A stretch of 64,000 bases of DNA from a virus: the IMG/VR virus record IMGVR_UViG_3300033182_000769, positions 32,001-96,000 of that record. The stretch is one strand, 5' to 3'. The number at the start of each line of letters is the position of its first letter. The first letter of the stretch is position 1. Under the pieces are notes generated by a model. That model saw nothing but the letters and a program-made list of their open reading frames with translations, had not been told where the DNA came from and ran no database searches. Of the stretch, positions 45,162-54,846 are shown piece by piece. The translations under genes were made by a program, and so were the position numbers.

Positions 45162-47252
45162 ATGCCCGCATCACCCGCACTTGGCCGAATAGGCGGTCAT
45201 TTATTAAAAGAGAATCTCGAAAGACACGGTATTGACTTAGCGTTCCGTAATACACCTACGGATGATGCTACTTTATATCTTCGTGTTGATCCTAACGTAC
45301 AAGTAATTGTTGCATCAACTAATTTAAAAGAAAAGAGTTGGTATAAAATTAGAACTTTAGACGGTTCAGATTTTACACTTGCTGGATCACCTGCTAATGT
45401 TGTTGGTACAGTTTTCCAAGCAACAGGTCCTGTTCCGCCAAAGAGTTACGACTTAACACAAGTTGTTAACGGAACATTTGACACAGACATTTCAAACTGG
45501 ACCGCAGGCGGTGGCGGAACTTTATCTTGGAATCCGTTAGGTTACTTAACAGTTGATGCATCGGGCGGTGTGAGCTCATACGCACAACAAATTATCAATG
45601 TCGATGCTGGCGGTGATTATAGATTTATTGCTACACACATTACCGGCGGTATCGATAGCCCAACAACAGATTTTAGTATTCAGATTTTTGACGACACGTT
45701 TACTATTAACTATGCAAATATTTCAAAAACAGACTTAGCAGGGTTAGGAACTCCAGGAACAATAGTTTTTGATTTTGTACCAACAACGGCTGCTGTTGCT
45801 ATTAGATTTTCTGCTTTTAACTGCGCACCAAATTGGGATAACGTTTCTTTAAGAAAAATTACTGATTCAAACGGTACAGTATTTGAAATTATGGATGCTG
45901 GAGATCCAAATCCGTTCTCTTCCGGAGTCAACGGAGTCGGTGTTAACACTGACGATCCTGCATATATGTTTGATGTTAATTCAAATATAAATTCTGTTAA
46001 CGTATCTGTAACTAATCGAATAAATGTTGACAACATTATTATTGATGCTCCTGGTAATTATTTTACAACTTCAGTTGGCCCAATAAATATCGTACCATCC
46101 GGAGCCGACCCAGTTATCTTTATGGACAGACTTGCTACCGACGGGTTGTTTTTTACAGATAACATCATTGGAACAAATGGTACTGACGAGTCTTTAATTC
46201 TACAGCCAAACGGAGCCGGAACAAATCAACTGCAAGCAAATACTAACCTTACTGGAGAATTATTTGTAGAGCGCGATATTTTAATTACTGGCGATTTGTC
46301 TTTTACAGAAAACTTAGTGCTTGGAGATTCAACATTAGCAACAGTTAAAGTCAATGCTGATTTATCACAAGGACTTATTCCAGGACAAGACAATGCATTT
46401 GATTTAGGACAAGATGCGAGAGATTCAAGTCCTCGACGCTGGAGCGAGATTCACGTTCCTGATTTAACAAACATTAATAATTTAGTCCCATTGGCTATTG
46501 AATATAGTTCGCAAACACGTATTGACGGTGTAACTAAAACAATCTCAGCATTGCAATCAAATGACGATATTGAGTTACTTCCTGATACTGGTATTAACTA
46601 TATCGAAGATATTAAGATTGAAGGCAATTTCTTAACTAACTTAATTAATATGCCAGCACTTGACGCAACTGCTGTTGCTAACGGTATGAATGCTGCTCTT
46701 GCAGGAACAATCCCAGAAGCGGTAGCATTTTGGAGTAACACACAAGTTGACGCAATACAAATAATAGTTACAGGCCCTGGCTCAACTGAAACCACAAATA
46801 GAATTGGCCCAGCAGGCGATGTATATGCAGACCCAGGTAACCCAGGTTTTAATGCAGACGACGTTACTCGAGTAACTAACATTATAAACGGAACAGGCGG
46901 CACATATAACGAGCAACTGTACTTTGAAGAAGTAAAAGATTTAATTTATGGTGATGCTACACTTTATGCAGAATACGGTAATGGCGCAGACTTAAATGCA
47001 ACGCCAATAACGATTGGCAGCACAAATAACGGATATGTAAAGTACACAGGTACTAACGGTGTAGTAATACCAGCAGGCACAACTGCTGAAAGAGCATACT
47101 CTGAAGTAGGCGAAACAAGATGGAACACAGACCTTCAATACTTAGAATGTTTTGACGGAAGTGTTTATTACATTTCCACTGGCGCAGGTGAAGTTGTAAG
47201 TGCAGACTTAATGACAGAATTAGCCATCTCAAGAGCCCTTATGTTGGGCTAA
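45162..47252 (+). CDS. Fibre-like virion protein with an inserted carbohydrate-binding-module-like domain (696 aa)
   Basis: VVNGTFDTDISNWT...AQQIINVDAGGDYRF...WDNVSL is CBM4/9-like. N- and C-termini are paralogous to ORF 47383. Confidence 0.6.
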   Translation: MPASPALGRIGGHLLKENLERHGIDLAFRNTPTDDATLYLRVDPNVQVIVASTNLKEKSWYKIRTLDGSDFTLAGSPANVVGTVFQATGPVPPKSYDLTQVVNGTFDTDISNWTAGGGGTLSWNPLGYLTVDASGGVSSYAQQIINVDAGGDYRFIATHITGGIDSPTTDFSIQIFDDTFTINYANISKTDLAGLGTPGTIVFDFVPTTAAVAIRFSAFNCAPNWDNVSLRKITDSNGTVFEIMDAGDPNPFSSGVNGVGVNTDDPAYMFDVNSNINSVNVSVTNRINVDNIIIDAPGNYFTTSVGPINIVPSGADPVIFMDRLATDGLFFTDNIIGTNGTDESLILQPNGAGTNQLQANTNLTGELFVERDILITGDLSFTENLVLGDSTLATVKVNADLSQGLIPGQDNAFDLGQDARDSSPRRWSEIHVPDLTNINNLVPLAIEYSSQTRIDGVTKTISALQSNDDIELLPDTGINYIEDIKIEGNFLTNLINMPALDATAVANGMNAALAGTIPEAVAFWSNTQVDAIQIIVTGPGSTETTNRIGPAGDVYADPGNPGFNADDVTRVTNIINGTGGTYNEQLYFEEVKDLIYGDATLYAEYGNGADLNATPITIGSTNNGYVKYTGTNGVVIPAGTTAERAYSEVGETRWNTDLQYLECFDGSVYYISTGAGEVVSADLMTELAISRALMLG

Positions 47253-47265
47253 TTTCCTTTTTGAC

Positions 47266-47272
47266 ATAAATA
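47266..47272 (+). promoter_or_regulatory. Late promoter ATAAATA
   Basis: Precedes a ~105 nt structured leader. Confidence 0.65.
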
Positions 47273-47274
47273 CA

Positions 47275-47366
47275 TTTGTTATAAGATTTGACCGTCTATA
47301 ACAAAATAAACTGTGGTAAACCAGCAAAGAGCTTCGGCTGAAAATTCGGTTATCGGTGAAACACCG
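47275..47366 (+). ncRNA. Candidate structured 5' leader / cis-regulatory RNA
   Basis: Stem TTTGTTATA/TATAACAAA, GGTAAACC, AGC-TTCG-GCT, and a CGGTG-AAA-CACCG hairpin just before the AAGGAG RBS. Confidence 0.5.
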
Positions 47367-47382
47367 TGGATAAGGAGAGCGC

Positions 47383-48435
47383 ATGGCTGTAGGTCGCATT
47401 AGTGGTCCGCTCTTAAAAGCAAACCTCATTCGTGATGGGGTTAATCTCGCTTTTGAGACTGATCTGCTATACTTAGATGTAAACAACAATCGCATCGGCG
47501 TTAATAAAGTCGCTCCGACGACAGATTTAGACGTCAACGGCACCACACGTTCAACTGATCTTTTAGTCCATAATCAAATCAATGTAGGCGATCTACATAT
47601 TACCGGTAACACTATTAGTAGTGACACTAATACAATATCTTTCCAACCATCGGGCGGTGATCCTACAGTTTATCATTCAAGATTGCATATTGATGACTTT
47701 GAGCTTCAAGGCAATACTATTTCGACTACAGTTTCAAGTTCAAACATTGAACTTAGACCAAACGGGTCAGGAACTATTGAATTAATTAATGACACTTATG
47801 TTACTGGTGACTTATTTGTTTCCGGTAATGTTAACTCAGGTGGAAATGTTGTAATTGGTGGCGATATTGTTATTGGTGATTCGCTTACTGATTCTATAGA
47901 AATTAACGCCAGCATACAAAGTGATCTAATCCCTGAAACCGATAACACATACGATATTGGTTCTGTAACCCATCGTTGGAGAAGTGTGTATGCAGATAAC
48001 GTATATGCAGATAATTTAACACTTCCTACACTTGACATTGGGGATTTAGTTTTTAGAAATAACGAAATTACAACCACTCCAGGTAATGATGTTTACATCG
48101 ACGGTAACGGAACTGGCGGTGTAAGATTAGGAAACTTTCGCTTTGCTGACAATAAAATTACAAACGTTGTTAGTAACGCAATTACAGAAATTGCACAAAC
48201 AGGAACAGGATATTTTAAAATCCAAGGAACAAACGGGTTTGTTCCTCCTGTAGGGTCAACAGCAGAACGTCCAACGTCATACGCAGTTTTAGGTATGACA
48301 CGATACAACACAAATTCTAAATCTTTAGAAGTATGGGACGGGCTTACATGGGCATCTCCAGCAGGTGCGTCAGGTGCTGTTAGTGAAACAGATGCAAACG
48401 AGATTTCGGCAATTTTCTCGTTAATGTTAGGATAA
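47383..48435 (+). CDS. Fibre-like virion protein (350 aa)
   Basis: LYLDVNNNRIGVNKVAPTTDLDVNG, repeated IxGNxIS units, TYDIGSVTHRW and the PVGSTAERP motif. Confidence 0.62.
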   Translation: MAVGRISGPLLKANLIRDGVNLAFETDLLYLDVNNNRIGVNKVAPTTDLDVNGTTRSTDLLVHNQINVGDLHITGNTISSDTNTISFQPSGGDPTVYHSRLHIDDFELQGNTISTTVSSSNIELRPNGSGTIELINDTYVTGDLFVSGNVNSGGNVVIGGDIVIGDSLTDSIEINASIQSDLIPETDNTYDIGSVTHRWRSVYADNVYADNLTLPTLDIGDLVFRNNEITTTPGNDVYIDGNGTGGVRLGNFRFADNKITNVVSNAITEIAQTGTGYFKIQGTNGFVPPVGSTAERPTSYAVLGMTRYNTNSKSLEVWDGLTWASPAGASGAVSETDANEISAIFSLMLG

Positions 48436-48442
48436 GAGAACT

Positions 48443-48775
48443 ATGCCTACAGTATTTAAAAATATTACAGCAACACAAGTTGGAACTACCCCGGTAGACG
48501 TACTACAGATTGAACCTGGTGTCCGTGCTACTGTAATTGGTTGCAACTTAGCAAATACAACAACATTCGATACAGTTAATGTAAATGTTTTTGTTGTTGA
48601 CGAAAATAGTACAGCGGCACTATATGGCAGGAATGTTATTTTGCCGCCAAATACATCAATGAAACTAATTACCGCCGGTGAGAAATTAATTCTTCCGGAA
48701 ACTGCGGGTCTGCGTATTGTATCAAACGTAGATGACAGTTTAGACGTTGTTGTAAGTTACGTTGAGATTTCATAA
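48443..48775 (+). CDS. Small beta-rich virion protein (paralog family)
   Basis: ATVIGCNLAN...LPPNTSMKLITAGEKLIL...SLDVVVSYVEIS. Confidence 0.6.
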   Translation: MPTVFKNITATQVGTTPVDVLQIEPGVRATVIGCNLANTTTFDTVNVNVFVVDENSTAALYGRNVILPPNTSMKLITAGEKLILPETAGLRIVSNVDDSLDVVVSYVEIS

Positions 48776-48786
48776 GGAGAGCGACT

Positions 48787-49149
48787 ATGTCTACATACTA
48801 CTTAGGAAGAACACCAAGCGAAATTTTAGGAGATAGTCCTCAGTATTTTTATGCATTACGCAGAAATAAAGACGGTGAATTATTTTTTGTAAGAAGTGAT
48901 CAGTTAGTAGATAACGACACTATTGAATTAAACGCTCCTGGTGCACCAAAAGATAACTTTGAAGACTTTGAACCAGGAGTTGACTTCTTAGAAGGCATTG
49001 ATGATGATCATGTTGTTCAACATAAAAATATGATTTATCCACAATATCGTTGGGATAACAGAGCAATGCTATATTATGTTGATGACGAAGGTCGATTAGT
49101 ACAACGCATCAACCAAGGTTATGATTACCCTGATGGGGTTTCGAGTTAA
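48787..49149 (+). CDS. Hypothetical virion-cluster protein (120 aa)
   Basis: Intact ORF with an AAGGAG RBS in the structural operon. Confidence 0.65.
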   Translation: MSTYYLGRTPSEILGDSPQYFYALRRNKDGELFFVRSDQLVDNDTIELNAPGAPKDNFEDFEPGVDFLEGIDDDHVVQHKNMIYPQYRWDNRAMLYYVDDEGRLVQRINQGYDYPDGVSS

Positions 49150-49163
49150 AACGGAAATAGAAA

Positions 49164-52100
49164 ATGGCAGAATTTAAGATAAGTCGAATTAGATATACCT
49201 GGAAAGGTGCATGGAACACCTCTACGGCATATATCGCAGACGATGTCGTTAGATTCGGTGGCAGCACTTGGGTGTGTATGAGAAATCATATTTCTTCTAC
49301 ATTCCAAGGAGACCAAGAATTTTTAGCGAATCCACAAGATACTGATTACAGTCCAGCATGGTTTAAAATGATGGACGGCTATGCATTTGTAGGTAACTGG
49401 GAAGAAGACACACTTTACAGTCCGGGCGATGTAGCATTATACGGCGGTAGACTTTATGTTTGTACAGAAAGTCACACTTCAAATATTACCTTTGAAGAAA
49501 ATAATCTTAAATGGTTTGTGTTTACAAACTTGCATAATTGGGTTAACGATTGGGCTGCTGAAACAAGATACGGTATTGGCGATTTAGCAAAGTATGGCGG
49601 CGTTGTTTATAGATGTATTCTCGAGCACACATCAGCAGATGTTGCAGGCGGATTAGAAGAAAACCAGTTAAATTGGTCTGCTTATTATAGCGGTATTGAA
49701 TTTGTAGGTGCATGGACAGCAGACGAGAGATATCGCCCAGACGATTTAGTAAAATATGGCGGTAGTATACTACGTTGTGTTTCTGGACACACTGCAACTA
49801 CTTTTGAACCGTCAGCATTTATTACAGAATTTCCTGGATTTAAATTCCAAGGAGAGTGGGATGTAGCAGAATTTTATGCTGTTGGAGATATTGTAAGACA
49901 CGGCGGATACCTATATAAATCTATTTCAAATAATACAGGCGAAACTCCAGACAATTTAAATTACGGCGATAATACTAACTGGCAATTTTTATCAAAAGCA
50001 ATTAACTTCCGCGGTGCATATGATAAAGACACAGCATACCACACTGGTGATTTAGTTAGACGCGGCGGAACTTTATACGTTGCATTAACAGATAGAACAC
50101 CTGATGGAAGTTCTATCGATTATTTAAACACGTCGGATTGGAAAGAAGTTGCACCAGGTGTTAACTGGAAAAATGGATGGAAAGTTGACGAGCTGTATGG
50201 CCCGGGTGACGTTGTAAATTATAGAGGCGTAACATGGGCTTGTAATTACGGACACGTTGCAAGTTATCAAAACTTCCCATCAGACGATAACGGTTCTGGA
50301 AACAATTACTGGGATAGAGTTGTTGACACTGGTATTCCAGCAGGTTTATCAAACCGAGGCGATTTATTAACATACGATTTCTTTAGAGAAGACATCGGCG
50401 ATGAAAGTTCTTTAGGTGTTACTCGTGTAGCCGTTGGTCAAAATACAGAATATCTTACAATTGATGATCAAGATAGTTTAACTTATTCTACATGGGGCAA
50501 CAATGAGAAATTTATTCATGTTGCACCAAATGGTATTGATAGTACAGACGATCCTGAGCAAGGTAAAAACTGGAATAAACCATTTAAAACTATTCAATTT
50601 GCTGCACAAGAAATTGAAAGTTGGGGCGAAGCAGGATGGCATACCACCATTAACTTAAGAACTGGTATGTATCACGAGGTACTTCCAATTGTACTACCTG
50701 AAAAAGTTTCAATTGTAGGCGACGAACTGCGCGGTGTTCAAGTCGCACCAATGCCGGCAGTTGCTGAATTGGCGAACGATTTAAGTTACTCGACTGCTGC
50801 ATTAGAACATATTTCGTCACTCTTACCGGCATTAATGAAAGGAGAAACTGTTAATCCTACTCCGGGAAATACAGCGGTACTTCCGCCGTTAGTATCAACA
50901 GTCGAAGAAGAAGTTACAGTTGAAGTCGGCGGCGAAATTATAGTAGAGACACAAATAAGCACTACTTTCTACTTCGCTACTGATGAAACTATTAATTTTG
51001 TTCAAGGATTAATTGATGACATAATTGCTTACGCAACTTATTACATCGATGGCACTGGAAATCTTCCAACAATGACTGGTTCAAATAACACCAGAACCGA
51101 TGGTTATTACGGTGAAGGACAGGAATGGCCCGATAGTATTCAAATTTTACATTTGTTAAAAACTTGGATTGCTGAAGAGGCAAGCGCATTCATTGCGTAC
51201 ACATTCCCAGATTATGAATTTAATCCAGATCGTTGTAAAAGAGATATGCGCAAGTACGTCGAGGCGTGGACATATGATGTTGATTGGAATGGAAACTATA
51301 AATCGTTAGTCGCTGCACGTTTATATAAAAATGCAGTGTTGGGTTCAGAAACAGAAGATATGTTCTATATGCGTAACTCAACAGGTCTTCGTAATATGAC
51401 GCTAACAGGATTATCTGGTACGTTGAGCCCCCCAGCAGTTAACGAATTATATCGTAGACCAACAGGTGGAGCATTTACTTCACTTGATCCAGGCTGGGGA
51501 CCAGATGACGAGAAAGTATGGATTCATACACGTTCTCCGTTTATGTCGAACGTTACAACATTTGGTGAAAACTGTACAGGTCAAAAAGTTGATGGTTCGT
51601 TACACAACGGCGGTTATAAGTCATTTGTATCAAACGACTACACACAGATTATTTCAGACGGTATTGGTGCGTGGATTACTAACAGTGGTAGAGCAGAGCT
51701 TGTATCTGTGTTTACTTACTATGCGCAAATTGGTATGTTCTCAGAGAACGGTGGTATTATTCGTGCTACAAACGGTAACTCATCATACGGTGATTACGGA
51801 GCAATTGCAGAAGGTAACGATCCAGAAGAAACACCACGTTACGGCACAGTTAATGGTAGAACACAGCAAGCACAAGTTGCCGCTGCGTTTGCTGGTGAGA
51901 TTAACGACTACATTCTTATTTTAGAATATAGCAATGCTGGACAAGAGTACACTCGAGCAGGATACAATTTTGTTGGATCTGGCTATAATGCACAAGCAGT
52001 ACAAGAAGAATTTAGAGATAACGCAATTTTTGAAATTCAAGTTAAGAACGCCCCGGGTCTTGAAGGTAACTTACCAGGTGGTTCTAACTATTCATTAATT

Positions 52101-54800
52101 GGTAACAATGCGCAAACTGGTAATTCTACAGGTATTACAATTGCGTCAAACGATGATCACACAGAAGAAGAATTATTAGGTTTAAGAATACTTATTACAT
52201 CGGGTGACGGTACTGGACAATACGGATACGTTACAGCATACAATCCATTAACAAAGAGGGTTGAAGTATCAAGAGAATCAGACGATAGACCAGGCTGGGA
52301 TCATGTTATCCCAGGAACACCTCCAGTTGCATCAATGACAACAAATGCAACTTATAAATTTGAACCAAGATTAGAATTCGAAAAGCCACCATTTAGTGCA
52401 AACAGCGCAGACATGGTTATTGGCGCACAATGGCATAGTCTTGCTTACGGTGAAACTTATGAAGTTTATAACGGCGTACAAGGTTCAGAAGGTGAAGGCG
52501 AAACTATTGATATTATTCCTTACGTAGCAACATGGAATGTTGTTAAAAATGGACGCAACTATGAAGTTGAAATGTTACAAGGTGGCGCAGGATACGAAGC
52601 AGGACAAACTGTAACTATCCTTGCTGCTCAAGTAGGCGGCCAAGATAACGAAAACGACATTACAATTACTGTTTTATCAGTGTCGGACGATAGTACAAAT
52701 TCTATTATGACTTTTGCACACAACGGCGTTGCTCAGAGCGGCCGTTGGGTTGCTATGCCTGCTGTAAGTGATAAAACAGTTTCAGCAATTGACGGAGAGC
52801 AATGGGTTGAGAATAGTTTACCATCGGCTGGTAAGTGGTATGTTACTTCCGGAACTGTTCCAAATGGACAAAACGGAGAGACTAAACCGATTTTTGTTGC
52901 TGTTAAAAACAACAGTTCGCAATCAACATATAGTTATGATGGCAAAACATGGGTAGAAAAAACATTACCTGCTGCAAGACAATGGGTAGGGATTACATAC
53001 GGTAACGGTGTATTTTTAGCAATATCTCAAAACCTAAACGCAGGAGCATACTCTACAAATGGTTTGAACTGGACGGAAGTTAATTTACCAGATTCAGTAG
53101 ACTCAACTATTGCTGAATGGGTCGATGTTACATACGGTCAAGGCAAGTTTGTTGCATTAGCAAGCAGTGATAACCAGGTTGGTGTTGGTACATATAATGC
53201 AGACACAGATACGTGGACTTGGACTGCGTATGTTATGGACTCTGTTGCAGATTCATCGCAATTAAATTGGATTAGTATTGCATACGGTAACAATAGATTT
53301 GTTGCTATCTCTAATGATGGTAACATTTCATATAGTTTTGACGCAATCGATTGGATGGATCCAACTATGATGGCTGCCGGTTACGACGGAATGCCAACAC
53401 AGGACGGTTCGACATTACACGAATGGCGTCAAATTAGATACGGACAAGGTCTGTTTATGGCTGTTGGTAATACAGCAGGACGAACTGTTGGAGCAGATCC
53501 TACTATAGGACCTACTACGTGGATTGTTACTTCTGAAGACGGTCTTGTATGGGAAGGCCACGATATGCCAGTAGAAGGCTCGTGGGGCGCTTGCGCATTT
53601 GGTAATCCAGATATTTCATTAGGCGATAGTACTATTTCGAATAGCACACCTATGTGGGTAATCACACCAGACGATAACGGTTACATAAGTTGCACTGTCA
53701 AATACGGTAAACGTGCTCAAGGTAGAATGATGGTTACCACTGGACGTATTACAGACGTTAGAATTTGGGATCCAGGCTCAGGATATAGTGATCCTCCTGC
53801 TTATACCATTACAGATCCTGTTAACACACTTGATGCATATCTTGAAACACGTATCGGCGACGGCGTATTGTGTCAACCAAGTTGGGTTAACAGAGGTACA
53901 AACTATAAAACAAGCTCTACAACAGTTACCGCATACGGTGATGGTTATGCTGACCAAATCACTATCGGACAATTTGTTACAATTGACGGCTTGACAGTAT
54001 TACCTGGACCAGGTGCACAGTTCCGCTTTAGAGGTGAAACAGACTACTTTACAGTTGCTACTGTTGAACTTGATCAACAAAATCCAGACGGTACGTTCAC
54101 AGGTTACTTCAGAGTAGGTCCAAAGTTCTCAGTAGATTATAATTTAGAGCACGGAACTGAAGTTGAAATACGAGAGCAGTATTCACAGGTGCGTATCACA
54201 GGACACGACTTCCTTGATGTTGGTACTGGTAACTTTATACAAACAAACTATCCAGAGTTGTACACAAGTGCTTCTTTCTATCAAGCAGCACCAGAAAACG
54301 AAGTATATGAAGCAAATGGTGGTCGTGTATTCTACACAAGTACAGACCAAGATGGTAACTTTAGAACTGGTGAGTTGTTTGCTGTAGAACAAGCAACGGG
54401 TATTGTTACTATTAGTGCTGACTTCTTTGACTTAGACGGTTTGACAGAGTTAGCACTTGGTGGTGTTAGACTTGGCGGATCTGGTGCTGTTATTAGAGAG
54501 TTCTCAACTGATAGCGCATTTACAGCAGATTCAAATAACGTAGTTCCAACTCAACGTGCAATCAAAGCATACTTGCAGAATAGATTAAACGTTGGCGGTT
54601 CGGACTTGTTAACAGCGAGCTTTATCGCTGGTACAATATTAGTTGGTCCTAATCAAATTAAGAACTCGGCGAGCTTAAAAGTTAAGTTCCCAGTTAAAGT
54701 TAATATAGAAGGCGCTGAAGCAGGAATTAGAGGCAGCATACTTGCACAGAATATGTTCTACTACTCATTTGGTAGACAAACAGGTAAATTGGGGATATAA
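49164..54800 (+). CDS. Large fibre/appendage protein (1878 aa): aromatic W..Y..GD.V.YGG repeats, pectin-lyase-like region, beta-propeller-like repeats
   Basis: About seven N-terminal WxxxxxYxxxDxVxYGGxxYxC repeats, HVAPNG...KPFKTIQFAA...VSIVGDELR, and WxxIxYGNGxFVA repeats. Confidence 0.75.
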   Translation: MAEFKISRIRYTWKGAWNTSTAYIADDVVRFGGSTWVCMRNHISSTFQGDQEFLANPQDTDYSPAWFKMMDGYAFVGNWEEDTLYSPGDVALYGGRLYVCTESHTSNITFEENNLKWFVFTNLHNWVNDWAAETRYGIGDLAKYGGVVYRCILEHTSADVAGGLEENQLNWSAYYSGIEFVGAWTADERYRPDDLVKYGGSILRCVSGHTATTFEPSAFITEFPGFKFQGEWDVAEFYAVGDIVRHGGYLYKSISNNTGETPDNLNYGDNTNWQFLSKAINFRGAYDKDTAYHTGDLVRRGGTLYVALTDRTPDGSSIDYLNTSDWKEVAPGVNWKNGWKVDELYGPGDVVNYRGVTWACNYGHVASYQNFPSDDNGSGNNYWDRVVDTGIPAGLSNRGDLLTYDFFREDIGDESSLGVTRVAVGQNTEYLTIDDQDSLTYSTWGNNEKFIHVAPNGIDSTDDPEQGKNWNKPFKTIQFAAQEIESWGEAGWHTTINLRTGMYHEVLPIVLPEKVSIVGDELRGVQVAPMPAVAELANDLSYSTAALEHISSLLPALMKGETVNPTPGNTAVLPPLVSTVEEEVTVEVGGEIIVETQISTTFYFATDETINFVQGLIDDIIAYATYYIDGTGNLPTMTGSNNTRTDGYYGEGQEWPDSIQILHLLKTWIAEEASAFIAYTFPDYEFNPDRCKRDMRKYVEAWTYDVDWNGNYKSLVAARLYKNAVLGSETEDMFYMRNSTGLRNMTLTGLSGTLSPPAVNELYRRPTGGAFTSLDPGWGPDDEKVWIHTRSPFMSNVTTFGENCTGQKVDGSLHNGGYKSFVSNDYTQIISDGIGAWITNSGRAELVSVFTYYAQIGMFSENGGIIRATNGNSSYGDYGAIAEGNDPEETPRYGTVNGRTQQAQVAAAFAGEINDYILILEYSNAGQEYTRAGYNFVGSGYNAQAVQEEFRDNAIFEIQVKNAPGLEGNLPGGSNYSLIGNNAQTGNSTGITIASNDDHTEEELLGLRILITSGDGTGQYGYVTAYNPLTKRVEVSRESDDRPGWDHVIPGTPPVASMTTNATYKFEPRLEFEKPPFSANSADMVIGAQWHSLAYGETYEVYNGVQGSEGEGETIDIIPYVATWNVVKNGRNYEVEMLQGGAGYEAGQTVTILAAQVGGQDNENDITITVLSVSDDSTNSIMTFAHNGVAQSGRWVAMPAVSDKTVSAIDGEQWVENSLPSAGKWYVTSGTVPNGQNGETKPIFVAVKNNSSQSTYSYDGKTWVEKTLPAARQWVGITYGNGVFLAISQNLNAGAYSTNGLNWTEVNLPDSVDSTIAEWVDVTYGQGKFVALASSDNQVGVGTYNADTDTWTWTAYVMDSVADSSQLNWISIAYGNNRFVAISNDGNISYSFDAIDWMDPTMMAAGYDGMPTQDGSTLHEWRQIRYGQGLFMAVGNTAGRTVGADPTIGPTTWIVTSEDGLVWEGHDMPVEGSWGACAFGNPDISLGDSTISNSTPMWVITPDDNGYISCTVKYGKRAQGRMMVTTGRITDVRIWDPGSGYSDPPAYTITDPVNTLDAYLETRIGDGVLCQPSWVNRGTNYKTSSTTVTAYGDGYADQITIGQFVTIDGLTVLPGPGAQFRFRGETDYFTVATVELDQQNPDGTFTGYFRVGPKFSVDYNLEHGTEVEIREQYSQVRITGHDFLDVGTGNFIQTNYPELYTSASFYQAAPENEVYEANGGRVFYTSTDQDGNFRTGELFAVEQATGIVTISADFFDLDGLTELALGGVRLGGSGAVIREFSTDSAFTADSNNVVPTQRAIKAYLQNRLNVGGSDLLTASFIAGTILVGPNQIKNSASLKVKFPVKVNIEGAEAGIRGSILAQNMFYYSFGRQTGKLGI

Positions 54801-54810
54801 AAAATGGGTG

Positions 54811-54817
54811 ATAAATA
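54811..54817 (+). promoter_or_regulatory. Late promoter ATAAATA
   Basis: 30 nt upstream of ATG 54847, with a GGAG RBS. Confidence 0.65.
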
Positions 54818-54846
54818 CACTGACTTCATGTTAATCGGAGTAAACA

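Noticed and set aside
47261-47290. Sigma70 promoter from TTGACA at 47261
   Set aside because: No acceptable -10 at 16-18 nt spacing; the overlapping ATAAATA late box explains the site.
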